A stretch of 64,000 bases of DNA. Origin: a virus. Every line of letters begins with the position of its first letter. The stretch's first letter is position 1. A program made the position numbers and the translations under genes. Positions 38,544-46,893 of this stretch are shown here, piece by piece. The notes under the pieces were generated by a model. It was not told the origin of the DNA, did not search any database, and saw only the letters and a list, made by a program, of their open reading frames with translations. The stretch spans positions 5,251 to 69,250 of the IMG/VR virus record IMGVR_UViG_3300001683_000022. The stretch is one strand, 5' to 3'.

Positions 38544-38878
38544 TATGCAACCCCTATAAAATTTACTACTTTATTAGGGTATTTATGCATTAAATGCTCT
38601 AACATATTATGGTCACTATCCTCTAGATCTTTTTGAGTTACATGTTCTCTTACAATTCTTTGAGCTGTTTCTAATTCAGTCTCTTCCCTTTCACAGGTAA
38701 TACTGGTGATGATCTCAAATGATTCCTCTGTAGGAACGTATTCTGTAAGAATGCGGATACTATCTCTATCTTTTTCTGCTACAGAATCGTGTAACTCAAT
38801 AAATACATCTAATAAATCAGATAATTTAGACGGTAATTTTGTAATTGGAGCTAATAGTAATGTTTCTGTTCTTTTCAT
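38543..38878 (-). CDS. hypothetical protein
   Basis: ORF with AAGGA Shine-Dalgarno, coupled to nrdJ. Confidence 0.65.
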   Translation of the reverse strand: MKRTETLLLAPITKLPSKLSDLLDVFIELHDSVAEKDRDSIRILTEYVPTEESFEIITSITCEREETELETAQRIVREHVTQKDLEDSDHNMLEHLMHKYPNKVVNFIGVA

Positions 38879-38892
38879 TATTGTCCTTAAAT

Positions 38893-38937
38893 AAAATGGT
38901 GGGGGAAGGAAGTTTATACTAAACTTCCCATTTTTTA
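38893..38937. terminator. intergenic hairpin / possible terminator
   Basis: GGAAGTTT-ATACT-AAACTTCC within AAAATGG...CCATTTT. Confidence 0.5.
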
Positions 38938-39234
38938 TAGGTTTTGTTTATAATCCACAAAATCTTCAGCATAGGCTAATTTTTCATCAACTACCCAATC
39001 TATGCATGCATCTTCTAATTCCTCCCGAATAGTCGTAGTAATCAAATGGGAATATCTTGGGGCCATTAAATTTAATCCAATTCCACATAAATTAATAGAC
39101 GTAATATCTACAAATTCTATTATTTTTGGATCTGTTCTCGATTCTTCTTGACCCTCTGTATGGTCAAAAACTACATCAACTGAAAACTCAAAATCCTTAA
39201 TAATTATTATTGCTTCTAATGTTTTTTGTTCCAT
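38935..39234 (-). CDS. acidic hypothetical protein
   Basis: AGGAGGAG Shine-Dalgarno. Confidence 0.7.
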   Translation of the reverse strand: MEQKTLEAIIIIKDFEFSVDVVFDHTEGQEESRTDPKIIEFVDITSINLCGIGLNLMAPRYSHLITTTIREELEDACIDWVVDEKLAYAEDFVDYKQNL

Positions 39235-39249
39235 TATTTCTCCTCCTGT

Positions 39250-40353
39250 TTATGGATCAAAATGAATAAGTTCACCAAAATTAACCTTAGCTTTAGGGTG
39301 AGAGATACATATCCATATTGTAGGAATATTTGTATCTTCTAAAATGGGGGTACAGTAAAGATCACTGAATACAATTAATACTGTTGGATCAAGTTTTATA
39401 ACTTCTTTCATCATTGGTCTGAGGTCAGTTCCCCCATAACCTTTAAAAGGAATATCCCGTAGATTATCGTCTCTTGTTATTTTATGAATAGCCTTAATCT
39501 GGGAATCAAAATCTATTATTGTAGTGGTCTCAGGATTGAGAATCTCCCGTATACCTTCAATTTCAGATATAAACGTAGAAAAATCTTCTTGGCTTACCGA
39601 TCCTGAAGTATCTATAGCAATAGCTATATTATCTACAGAGTCACTATATAATTTAGGTAAATAAGCGGATGGGAAGTACCTTCTATTAGGTTTTCTCCAT
39701 GAATAATCTTGCTTAGCTAATGCCGATACATAATTTTGCAAAAGTGTTTGCCAAGGTAATTTAGGGTTAATGATTTCATCAATCATTCTTTCAATATCAC
39801 CTGGCACAGTTCCTACACTATCCGAGGACATTTTGGATTGTGCTACAGCCCTCATTACTATATTGGTTACCTCCATCTCTTTTTGTTCGATGGTGGAATC
39901 TTCACAATCTTCTAAAGGTAATACATCACATTGAAAAGGATCATCCTCTTCCACGGGCAAAAGATCATAAACCTCTTGGGTAGACATACCCTTAAATGCT
40001 TTATCTAATAACCCACAAGGGATCATTTCCAGCCCTGCCTTTGTAAGTATTAAATTAATAACATAATCCCCCGCTTTGTTATACCTTTTTGGATCTAGAT
40101 TACCTATACGAATCATATGTTCTAAACATACATGCCAAGCTTCGTGTGCTAATAGAAATTCTCTCTGCGCAGGTGGTAACTCCATAAAGAAATCTTCATT
40201 TAATAATAGCTCTGTACCATTGGTAGCTGCAGTAGGGATATCAGTTGTCCAACGCAGACTAAGAGAAAATAGTACTGTGGTAATAAATACCGAATCTTTT
40301 CTACTAATTAAACCGATTTTAGCTCTACTTAGAGCAATATCCCGCTTATTCAT
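39250..40353 (-). CDS. metallopeptidase-like + vWA domain protein (N4 gp25-like)
   Basis: TAATNG, HEAWH, N.AGDYVIN, MIDAS DTSGS, GGTD, VFSD. Confidence 0.9.
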   Translation of the reverse strand: MNKRDIALSRAKIGLISRKDSVFITTVLFSLSLRWTTDIPTAATNGTELLLNEDFFMELPPAQREFLLAHEAWHVCLEHMIRIGNLDPKRYNKAGDYVINLILTKAGLEMIPCGLLDKAFKGMSTQEVYDLLPVEEDDPFQCDVLPLEDCEDSTIEQKEMEVTNIVMRAVAQSKMSSDSVGTVPGDIERMIDEIINPKLPWQTLLQNYVSALAKQDYSWRKPNRRYFPSAYLPKLYSDSVDNIAIAIDTSGSVSQEDFSTFISEIEGIREILNPETTTIIDFDSQIKAIHKITRDDNLRDIPFKGYGGTDLRPMMKEVIKLDPTVLIVFSDLYCTPILEDTNIPTIWICISHPKAKVNFGELIHFDP

Positions 40354-40769
40354 AATTTTTTCAACCTTCCTTTATAGCTATTAGATTTATCTTTAAAATC
40401 CAAAGCAGCAAATAATTCTGTACATGCTGTGTTGTATTCCTTTGCCGATCTTTTAAACCTAGCTCTGTCTTTAGGTGTGAATTGACTATACGGAACACCT
40501 ATAGTCCCGTAACTATCTTCTGGTAATGTCAAAGCAATTTCATATGCATCTGTGATTTCTTTAGTCCATAGATATGTACTAAATTCTTTAGGTAAACAAT
40601 TACATATAAACACTCTCGCAGAACTGCGATTTTGCCAGGGAGTAATAGGAAGTCTTATTAACCCCCTTACATCTGAATTATATATTTTTATTAACCTTGA
40701 CATAGGCACATCAGACCTCTTATAAAACGAGGTTATTAAAAATGAATCCCATCTTTGTTGTCTAGTCAT
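40350..40769 (-). CDS. hypothetical basic protein
   Basis: AGGAG Shine-Dalgarno; inserted between the ATPase and vWA genes. Confidence 0.65.
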   Translation of the reverse strand: MTRQQRWDSFLITSFYKRSDVPMSRLIKIYNSDVRGLIRLPITPWQNRSSARVFICNCLPKEFSTYLWTKEITDAYEIALTLPEDSYGTIGVPYSQFTPKDRARFKRSAKEYNTACTELFAALDFKDKSNSYKGRLKKL

Positions 40770-40805
40770 TTGTAAATAACTCCTAAATTTTATTAGTGGA
40801 TTTCT

Positions 40806-41822
40806 CTATACTAATAATTCACTGTTAGCAGAGCCCCACTTAACTACAGCGGGTGTATTAATTAAAGATACCTCTTTTCTAATGGCTCCTCTAAGCGTAA
40901 TAGTTTGAAATTCTATAGGCATTCTTAATACATACTCAATAATTGAAGTAATATTATCTTTAGACAGGTGATGACCAATAAGACTACTAATAGCATATAA
41001 AGTAGATGGTTCATCTGGAACAGTTAAGGAAAAAGGGTTAGTAATAATATCTTGAATAGTAGGTAGCTCTGAAAATACAGAGGTAAATGCATAAAACTCT
41101 CTTGCTGTTGCTTCACCAACACAACCTGCTAATATAGGTAAAAGATCTACTACAATTTCAGGTTCTTGTTTAATTATCTTAGATGTAAATTCCCATGTAC
41201 GCGGACAAGGAAAAGTACAATCCTGATGGTTTGGATCAAACATGAATAATGCATCAGGTTTAAAATTAATATAAGCTAAAATTCTGTAATCAATGCCATT
41301 GGTACTACCCCAATCTATCCAATGCTTAAAATTTATTTCTAATTCAAAATGGATCATTCGAGATTGCATAGCTGTACTAATTCTATTAGTAATAGCTTTA
41401 TCGGACTGCAGATTACCTGCAGCTATAATAGCTACATTCTTATGTAGATTATATTCTCCTACCTGTTTATCAAGTACAAGCTTATAAGCAGCTGCTTGAA
41501 CACTGAGAGGTGCTGAATTAAATTCATCTAATAATATTAACCACCCTTCATATCCTTCAGGAATTGGATCACCTTCAATAGGAAATGTATTCATAGGTAC
41601 ATACCCTGCTTTATCACCTTTAATTGTAGGAAAACCTAAAAGATCAGCAGGATCACACTGAGATAATCTAAGGTCTATAACTTTTAAATCAAAGTCATTA
41701 GCTATCTCTTTAATTATTGAGCTTTTAGCAATACCTGGAGAACCTACAAGCATAGGACACAGTCCTGCCATAAGTGTTTTCTTCAATAGTTCAGGAGCTG
41801 TCTTCGTATTAATTTTAATCAT
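40806..41822 (-). CDS. MoxR-like AAA+ ATPase (N4 gp24-like)
   Basis: GSPGIAKS, DLRLSQ.DP.DL.G.P, LLDEFNSA, AAGN, PRTW. Confidence 0.92.
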   Translation of the reverse strand: MIKINTKTAPELLKKTLMAGLCPMLVGSPGIAKSSIIKEIANDFDLKVIDLRLSQCDPADLLGFPTIKGDKAGYVPMNTFPIEGDPIPEGYEGWLILLDEFNSAPLSVQAAAYKLVLDKQVGEYNLHKNVAIIAAGNLQSDKAITNRISTAMQSRMIHFELEINFKHWIDWGSTNGIDYRILAYINFKPDALFMFDPNHQDCTFPCPRTWEFTSKIIKQEPEIVVDLLPILAGCVGEATAREFYAFTSVFSELPTIQDIITNPFSLTVPDEPSTLYAISSLIGHHLSKDNITSIIEYVLRMPIEFQTITLRGAIRKEVSLINTPAVVKWGSANSELLV

Positions 41823-41851
41823 TATTAAAATCCTTTATTGTTTGTTTAAGA

Positions 41852-42052
41852 TTACTTTTTAGCTTTAATTTCTTCATACCTTAAAAGATGGAGACTATCT
41901 CCTCTATATTTTGTAATTAAGCGTTTAAAAGCATTTATTTCTTTAGCAGATAAAGAAATATCAATACCATTAATAGAAAGACACTTACCTTGTATTGCAA
42001 ATATCTTATCTAGTTGTAATATTTTATTGTTTAATCTAGTTAGGTTATCCAT
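41852..42052 (-). CDS. hypothetical protein
   Basis: ORF in operon context. Confidence 0.55.
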   Translation of the reverse strand: MDNLTRLNNKILQLDKIFAIQGKCLSINGIDISLSAKEINAFKRLITKYRGDSLHLLRYEEIKAKK

Positions 42053-42157
42053 ATGACTTACGTGGGTTAAATAAAGAAAGAAAAGATTAATACCTAGTGT
42101 ACGTATAGTAGGTTTTGGGATATTTTGATTTGTTAAGATTTAGTAGTAATAGTTCTT

Positions 42158-42172
42158 TTACTATCTCTTATA
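42158..42172 (-). promoter_or_regulatory. TTACTATCTCT repeat motif copy
   Basis: Also at 44210 and 45314, each next to a terminator-like hairpin. Confidence 0.5.
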
Positions 42173-42173
42173 T

Positions 42174-42204
42174 AAAAAAATATTCCTCCAATTAAGGAGG
42201 AATA
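42174..42204 (-). terminator. intrinsic terminator after the RNAP II genes
   Basis: TATTCCTCC-AATTAA-GGAGGAATA stem followed by T7 on the minus strand. Confidence 0.8.
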
Positions 42205-42211
42205 ATTTAAA

Positions 42212-42237
42212 TTTCACAGAAAGATGCCGGAGGCATC
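42212..42237. promoter_or_regulatory. TTTCACAG + C-GGA-G triloop hairpin (copy 2)
   Basis: GATGCC-GGA-GGCATC. Confidence 0.55.
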
Positions 42238-42239
42238 CA

Positions 42240-43232
42240 TTAAGATAGGGAATATTCTGCTTTTGCTATTAAAGAACTTAGAGAAGTATTATTTTGTTCA
42301 TAATAACCCTCAATACCTAAGTCTCGAATGAGTTTAGTCATATAATTACTTTCATAAAGAGCAATCATAATAGCTAAATAGTTCTCTCTTACTTGTTGCA
42401 TATGTAATGGAGATGCTTTAAATTCATCATGAATAGTAAGTAACTCAAATCCACTACAGTTAGCCATACGATGCATCTCACGAACTATATAACCATCAAT
42501 GGATTGAACTACATTAGCTAATAAGGGAATAGAGTATGTACTAGGTTTATTTATATTCATCCTATGTGTAAATGTTTTATGGAATAACTCATCTATCTCT
42601 ATACGTAAATCTACTGATTCAGTTACCTTTACAGAGGCTGTATGTCCATCAGGTAATGTCCATGTATGTCTTAATGTTTGTGTATCCCAACACTCTAATA
42701 TATCTTTCATTATCTCCATAGCACCAGGAGCTAATTCTTCCATAGCCATATAGAATGCTTTTAACTCAGGAGTATCCTCACCAAATATAAGAACAGGTGT
42801 AGCTTTACTTCCATAAACTGAAGTCATAGCAGCTTGCTTAACACTCTTTCTATCACATTCAAAACCTTTATCTAATTTCTTATTCATTAAGTTTGTGACA
42901 CTTGTATAAAAATCCTTTCTTTCTCCTGTATCAATTAGATTAGTATTTCTAAGTGTAGCTTCACAACCACTTAAAATACCCATAATAGATAAACCTGAAG
43001 AAGTACTATCTAATCCCATTACATATCCAGTAGGTATCCCTGCTTGAATATCTCTTAAAGCATTTACACCTTTCATGTATAAGTACTTCTCGTCTGCAGT
43101 AACTACTAATTCTTCTAACCCTTCTAGATTATCTTTAGTCCATTTTATTCTAGTTTCCCATAACTCTTTATCTAGTCCATAAGCATTAGCTATAGATATA
43201 TATACATATTCCAACGGTGTAAAATACTTCAT
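42240..43232 (-). CDS. RNA polymerase II subunit 2 (N4 gp16-like)
   Basis: AN.YGLDK, motif A LDSTSSG, motif B RKSVKQAAMTSVYGS, ANVVQSIDG, IHDEF. Confidence 0.93.
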   Translation of the reverse strand: MKYFTPLEYVYISIANAYGLDKELWETRIKWTKDNLEGLEELVVTADEKYLYMKGVNALRDIQAGIPTGYVMGLDSTSSGLSIMGILSGCEATLRNTNLIDTGERKDFYTSVTNLMNKKLDKGFECDRKSVKQAAMTSVYGSKATPVLIFGEDTPELKAFYMAMEELAPGAMEIMKDILECWDTQTLRHTWTLPDGHTASVKVTESVDLRIEIDELFHKTFTHRMNINKPSTYSIPLLANVVQSIDGYIVREMHRMANCSGFELLTIHDEFKASPLHMQQVRENYLAIMIALYESNYMTKLIRDLGIEGYYEQNNTSLSSLIAKAEYSLS

Positions 43233-43244
43233 TATTTATTCCTT

Positions 43245-44150
43245 TTAATAGTTATTAATAATTACTTTCTTATGTAAGTTAATGAGACTCTTCTTATATT
43301 GAGTTCCCTGATAGTTAATATGATAACCCTTACAATATGATCTACCTCTTGAATCATATGCATGTACCATATTAAACTTGTTACCTTTAATTAACATATC
43401 TACATATACTTGTTCGGACTCTTTACTTAAAGACTCAAACTGTAACCTCTTTTCAGATGTATCTAATGTTTTATTAGACTCTTCTATATACTCAAGCATA
43501 TACTCATCAATAGATAAGGAAGTATTATTCATTATGTTTAATACATCTAACCCTATAGGTAATTCATGCCTATCATTAAGTACTACTGATTCATTAAATG
43601 TAAGATAACCTGAAGTATTATTGTCTACTACTACATCAGGAGTACACACCATAGGAGGTAAATACTTACACTTCTCTATTAATTGTTTGGTTTTATCTGA
43701 TAAGGTATAGTTGGATTCAATAGTAATACTTCCTGTTTCACTATCACTTGCTAGATGTACATCCCATAGATCTGTTTCTGCCATAAGTATTACTAATTCT
43801 GATGCAGTTTTTATACCCATAGTAATATCTTCATAACCTAATAAAGGGCCTATTTGACCTACAATATTCTGAATAGACTGTTGCCCTTCTAAAGGAAATA
43901 TAACCGAGAATATATCAAGTACTATCTCTCGATGGTTTACATCCCATAAGGGAGCTATACGAATATTCTTAGAAGAATAATATGATTTGCTTAAATAGTG
44001 AGCTAATATTAATTCACAATCTGTTGTGGATTCTTCCGCTACTTCTTCATAGATATATTCTCTAATATTTTTACGGGAATATGTTTCTTCCGTATGTATT
44101 TGTTCCAGACGATCTAACATATGATGCTCCTGTAGTAAGGTACAGACCAA
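43245..44150 (-). CDS. RNA polymerase II subunit 1 (N4 gp15-like); start probably 44120
   Basis: YLPPMV.P, SGYL, YDSRGRSYCKGYHINYQG. Confidence 0.92.
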   Translation of the reverse strand: MVCTLLQEHHMLDRLEQIHTEETYSRKNIREYIYEEVAEESTTDCELILAHYLSKSYYSSKNIRIAPLWDVNHREIVLDIFSVIFPLEGQQSIQNIVGQIGPLLGYEDITMGIKTASELVILMAETDLWDVHLASDSETGSITIESNYTLSDKTKQLIEKCKYLPPMVCTPDVVVDNNTSGYLTFNESVVLNDRHELPIGLDVLNIMNNTSLSIDEYMLEYIEESNKTLDTSEKRLQFESLSKESEQVYVDMLIKGNKFNMVHAYDSRGRSYCKGYHINYQGTQYKKSLINLHKKVIINNY

Positions 44151-44260
44151 GGCCGATACCTCATAATTAAGTTAAAAGCTCTTAAACGGCTTCTGAGGCC
44201 CTAGAATAGTTACTATCTCTCTATACTAAAAACCCCGCATAATGCAGGGCTTAATTATTA

Positions 44261-44330
44261 AATATTCCTCATACTTCCTCATACTTCCACATACTTCCTC
44301 ATTGTTCCTCATTGTTCCTCATTCTTACTC
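44261..44330. repeat. seven tandem 10-bp repeats (ATACTTCCTC / ATTGTTCCTC)
   Basis: Directly visible in the sequence. Confidence 0.9.
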
Positions 44331-44537
44331 TTCTTCAGCGTTACAGTATTCACACGCCATCTCATTTTCCGAGAGGTCTTTACCGTGCTTACACAAATAC
44401 CATGGACGTATAGCTGAGCAATCATCACATTGCAGAGTACCTCCGTGGATATTGGTGTTACCGCACTGCATTTCAACGGCTTTGTAGTCGAAGCCTGATG
44501 GAATGTATTGCATGACTTTATTTGTGCAGATTGACAT
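44325..44537 (-). CDS. small Cys-rich, probably Zn-binding early protein
   Basis: C..CG..CDDC..CKHG..CEYC; TGGAG Shine-Dalgarno. Confidence 0.75.
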   Translation of the reverse strand: MSICTNKVMQYIPSGFDYKAVEMQCGNTNIHGGTLQCDDCSAIRPWYLCKHGKDLSENEMACEYCNAEEE

Positions 44538-44587
44538 GGTATTCTCCAGTTAAGAGCCCCACGAAATGCAGGGCATAAGTATCTTAG

Positions 44588-44752
44588 TTATTTATTGGGT
44601 TGAGACTCTGCATGACCTTCACAGTAATCCTCGTAAAGTTCATCAACATATCCTTCATAACTAAAGTCTAATTCTGAACTCATTCCACTCGAACCCACCA
44701 TACAATCTATCCAATCTTTATGGGCTAATTCAAACTCTTCTCTATCGTACAT
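44588..44752 (-). CDS. small acidic early protein (54 aa)
   Basis: Hand-translated MYDREEFELAHKDW...YEGYVDELYEDYCE; AGGAGGAG Shine-Dalgarno. Confidence 0.7.
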   Translation of the reverse strand: MYDREEFELAHKDWIDCMVGSSGMSSELDFSYEGYVDELYEDYCEGHAESQPNK

Positions 44753-44789
44753 ATTAAGCTCCTCCTATGTGGTCGCTCTGTGATACACA

Positions 44790-44867
44790 CTAAATTCCTA
44801 CCAATATTGCATAAAGGTTTGCGGTTATCGCTATTACAGCCAAGTAAACATATTCTGATGCACTCAT
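44790..44867 (-). CDS. 25-aa hydrophobic peptide
   Basis: MSASEYVYLAVIAITANLYAILVGI*; ATGA overlap with the upstream stop. Confidence 0.45.
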   Translation of the reverse strand: MSASEYVYLAVIAITANLYAILVGI

Positions 44868-44977
44868 TCCTCTTCTTCCTCTTCTTCACGTAGATTAGAA
44901 TAACAGTCCTCTATTGAGAACTCTTTTGATGGTTCAACTTCAACTTCAATTAGATCTTGTAACTCTTGAATACTCAT
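44864..44977 (-). CDS. very acidic early peptide (37 aa)
   Basis: MSIQELQDLIEVEVEPSKEFSIEDCYSNLREEEEEEE*; AGGAG Shine-Dalgarno. Confidence 0.65.
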   Translation of the reverse strand: MSIQELQDLIEVEVEPSKEFSIEDCYSNLREEEEEEE

Positions 44978-45090
44978 TAATATTCTCCTGCTTGACTTAA
45001 AGGGTAAAATTATGGTAAGCTCAGCTATGCATTCGCATTACCACATCCCCCACTGGATCCAACAGTCCCTATAGAGACTGAAAGGTTATT

Positions 45091-45291
45091 TTATTCATAC
45101 TTATATTTATTAAGTAGAAGTCCTAATTCATTCACTTGCTTAGCTAACTTTTTCTGTCTACCTGTTTCACGTTTAAATGTTGGAGAAAATAGAGTCTGCG
45201 ATATCTCAGTTCTAAGCCTTAGACATGCATAATAATGAGTAGCTTCCTTCTGAAGTTCTGAAGTTACTGGTGATTTAACTGTATGGTTCAT
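45091..45291 (-). CDS. hypothetical early protein
   Basis: ORF with AGGA Shine-Dalgarno. Confidence 0.65.
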   Translation of the reverse strand: MNHTVKSPVTSELQKEATHYYACLRLRTEISQTLFSPTFKRETGRQKKLAKQVNELGLLLNKYKYE

Positions 45292-45336
45292 ATTTGTTAT
45301 CCTATATTAAGGTTTACTATCTCTCTATGTATACTG

Positions 45337-45353
45337 GAGCCCTTTCGGACTCC
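45337..45353 (-). terminator. hairpin with GAAA loop
   Basis: Minus strand GGAGTCC-GAAA-GGGCTCC. Confidence 0.55.
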
Positions 45354-45368
45354 AATACTTGTAACTAT

Positions 45369-45713
45369 TTAGAACAGTAGATCTGCATCATCCACTTTTA
45401 CCATGTTACTAAACACCAATGTTCCCCACTCCTCAATGGTTGCTTCGGTAGCTCCTTGCACGAATCCTAATAATCCTTTAGAAGTACTTACCTTGAAGTA
45501 AGTTTTACCATTCTTATTTACCCCTTCTTCTACAGAGACCACCCGCTGAATTTCTTCAGTATTTAATCTTTCCAGAACATCCTCAAATATAGAATCTTCA
45601 ATTCTATTACTTAGGTGGAAGAACCCTCTTGGTTCACCAGTAACAGAATTAATAAATGCTTGAGGAGCTGAATTATTATATTTAGTACTCTTTTCTATGC
45701 GTTTTATAGCCAT
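45369..45713 (-). CDS. early protein, possibly an N4 gp2/Drc-like ssDNA-binding activator
   Basis: Position and size; MAIK... start, PQAFIN, acidic-aromatic tail DDADLLF. Confidence 0.4.
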   Translation of the reverse strand: MAIKRIEKSTKYNNSAPQAFINSVTGEPRGFFHLSNRIEDSIFEDVLERLNTEEIQRVVSVEEGVNKNGKTYFKVSTSKGLLGFVQGATEATIEEWGTLVFSNMVKVDDADLLF

Positions 45714-46028
45714 TTTATAACTCCAATTAAGTATAAGGACGGAATGCCCTTAAAAGTATTGACTGTACTAAGAGAAGTACATATCAAGGGAATATCCCAT
45801 TACTTGAAGGGCTTTTAGGCTCTATGTGGTGAAGGCAGAGTGTAGGGAAAGTATAGTAAATGGGAGAGACCAATAAGTGGCTCTTGTGTTACTCTTTATT
45901 TATTTAAATTTACTGATTACGGGGATTAAGCCCCTCTTCCTTCTTATGTATCTGACTATCTCCTGTGTGCTCTGGCCTTTGATCTTGTGTGTGCTTTTAG
46001 CTTTGCTCTATAACAAGACATCTTGGGT

Positions 46029-46057
46029 AAAAAAGATAAGGAACCCGAAGGCTCCTT
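46029..46057 (-). terminator. intrinsic terminator with UUCG loop
   Basis: Minus strand AAGGAGCC-TTCG-GGTTCCTT-ATCTTTTTT. Confidence 0.8.
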
Positions 46058-46065
46058 AGTATTAC

Positions 46066-46347
46066 TTAATGTTCCAATCCCAGTTTTGGGAGTAGGATGG
46101 TCAATAACCCACTTAGTATGAAGCAGATGCTCATAAAGATAAGGGCGTTACCCCCAAATGTATTAGACCAAATTGGTATCACAAGGTTTAGCATTGCTAT
46201 GCCAAACAACATCATCCCTAGACCTGCTAGGAACAATGTTACCCGTGCAACTAAGTCCATTGCTGGTAGTGCTTGTTTAGTAGACACTTCTTGTGCCTCG
46301 TGAAGTTTTATTACATGCTGTCCCATTTTGCTCATTCTATTCTCCAT
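46066..46347 (-). CDS. two-TM early membrane protein (start probably 46335)
   Basis: Two hydrophobic helices; TGGAG Shine-Dalgarno before the second ATG. Confidence 0.7.
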   Translation of the reverse strand: MENRMSKMGQHVIKLHEAQEVSTKQALPAMDLVARVTLFLAGLGMMLFGIAMLNLVIPIWSNTFGGNALIFMSICFILSGLLTILLPKLGLEH

Positions 46348-46390
46348 TAGCGAGCCCTACGGAATGTAAGGCTCTGGTGGTTTAGGTAAG

Positions 46391-46606
46391 TTAAAGTTTA
46401 ATTAGCTCATCCAGGTCGGATTGGAGCTTTTTAAGCTCTGCGCTATTCTCTAGCTTGTATGTGAGTAGCGTATGTTCACTGGCCTGTATACCTACTTCGG
46501 TATAGTTTTCAGCCATGGTAAGAGTGCCAAGGACTACAGTAGAAGACTTAGTGACTACAGCATCAGCAGTATCTAGTACGTTAGCAATGAATTTAAAAGG
46601 ATTCAT
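46391..46606 (-). CDS. first early gene (N4 gp1 position), amphipathic helical protein
   Basis: Outermost gene of the early strand; TGGAG Shine-Dalgarno. Confidence 0.65.
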   Translation of the reverse strand: MNPFKFIANVLDTADAVVTKSSTVVLGTLTMAENYTEVGIQASEHTLLTYKLENSAELKKLQSDLDELIKL

Positions 46607-46893
46607 GTTCGATTCTCCATTAGTATAGGGATTATTCCCATTACCTAAAGGGCTCTCAAGCTCTTAGGTTCTTCGATCTGTCTCTGTGTGTAGGTGGGGT
46701 ATGTAAATGGAAACGGTAATCTGATTTCGGTAGGGGGGGTGGTCTTATCTTTTTGTGTAAACACATACAATACTGAACCCGTAGGTAAATTATAATTTTT
46801 ACCCAGACCTAAAAGTATCCCAAAAAATATTATAAAATTTTACATAGGAAGTTTTGTATACTGCTTAAATCCTATTTACTCACAAAATTTATT
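46607..46893. other. divergent non-coding region, probable genome end / terminal repeat junction
   Basis: Early genes run left and terminase-side genes run right, as when N4-type ends are joined; contains a G7 run. Confidence 0.55.

Noticed and set aside
44261-44330. Possible mini-CRISPR array
   Set aside because: Units are 10 bp and contiguous with no spacers
23885-46303. Plus-strand ORFs overlapping early/middle genes (e.g. 23885-24214, 38251-38559, 40076-40384, 44242-44487, 45877-46059)
   Set aside because: They overlap real genes, repeats or terminators; only 36276-36527 occupies its own gap
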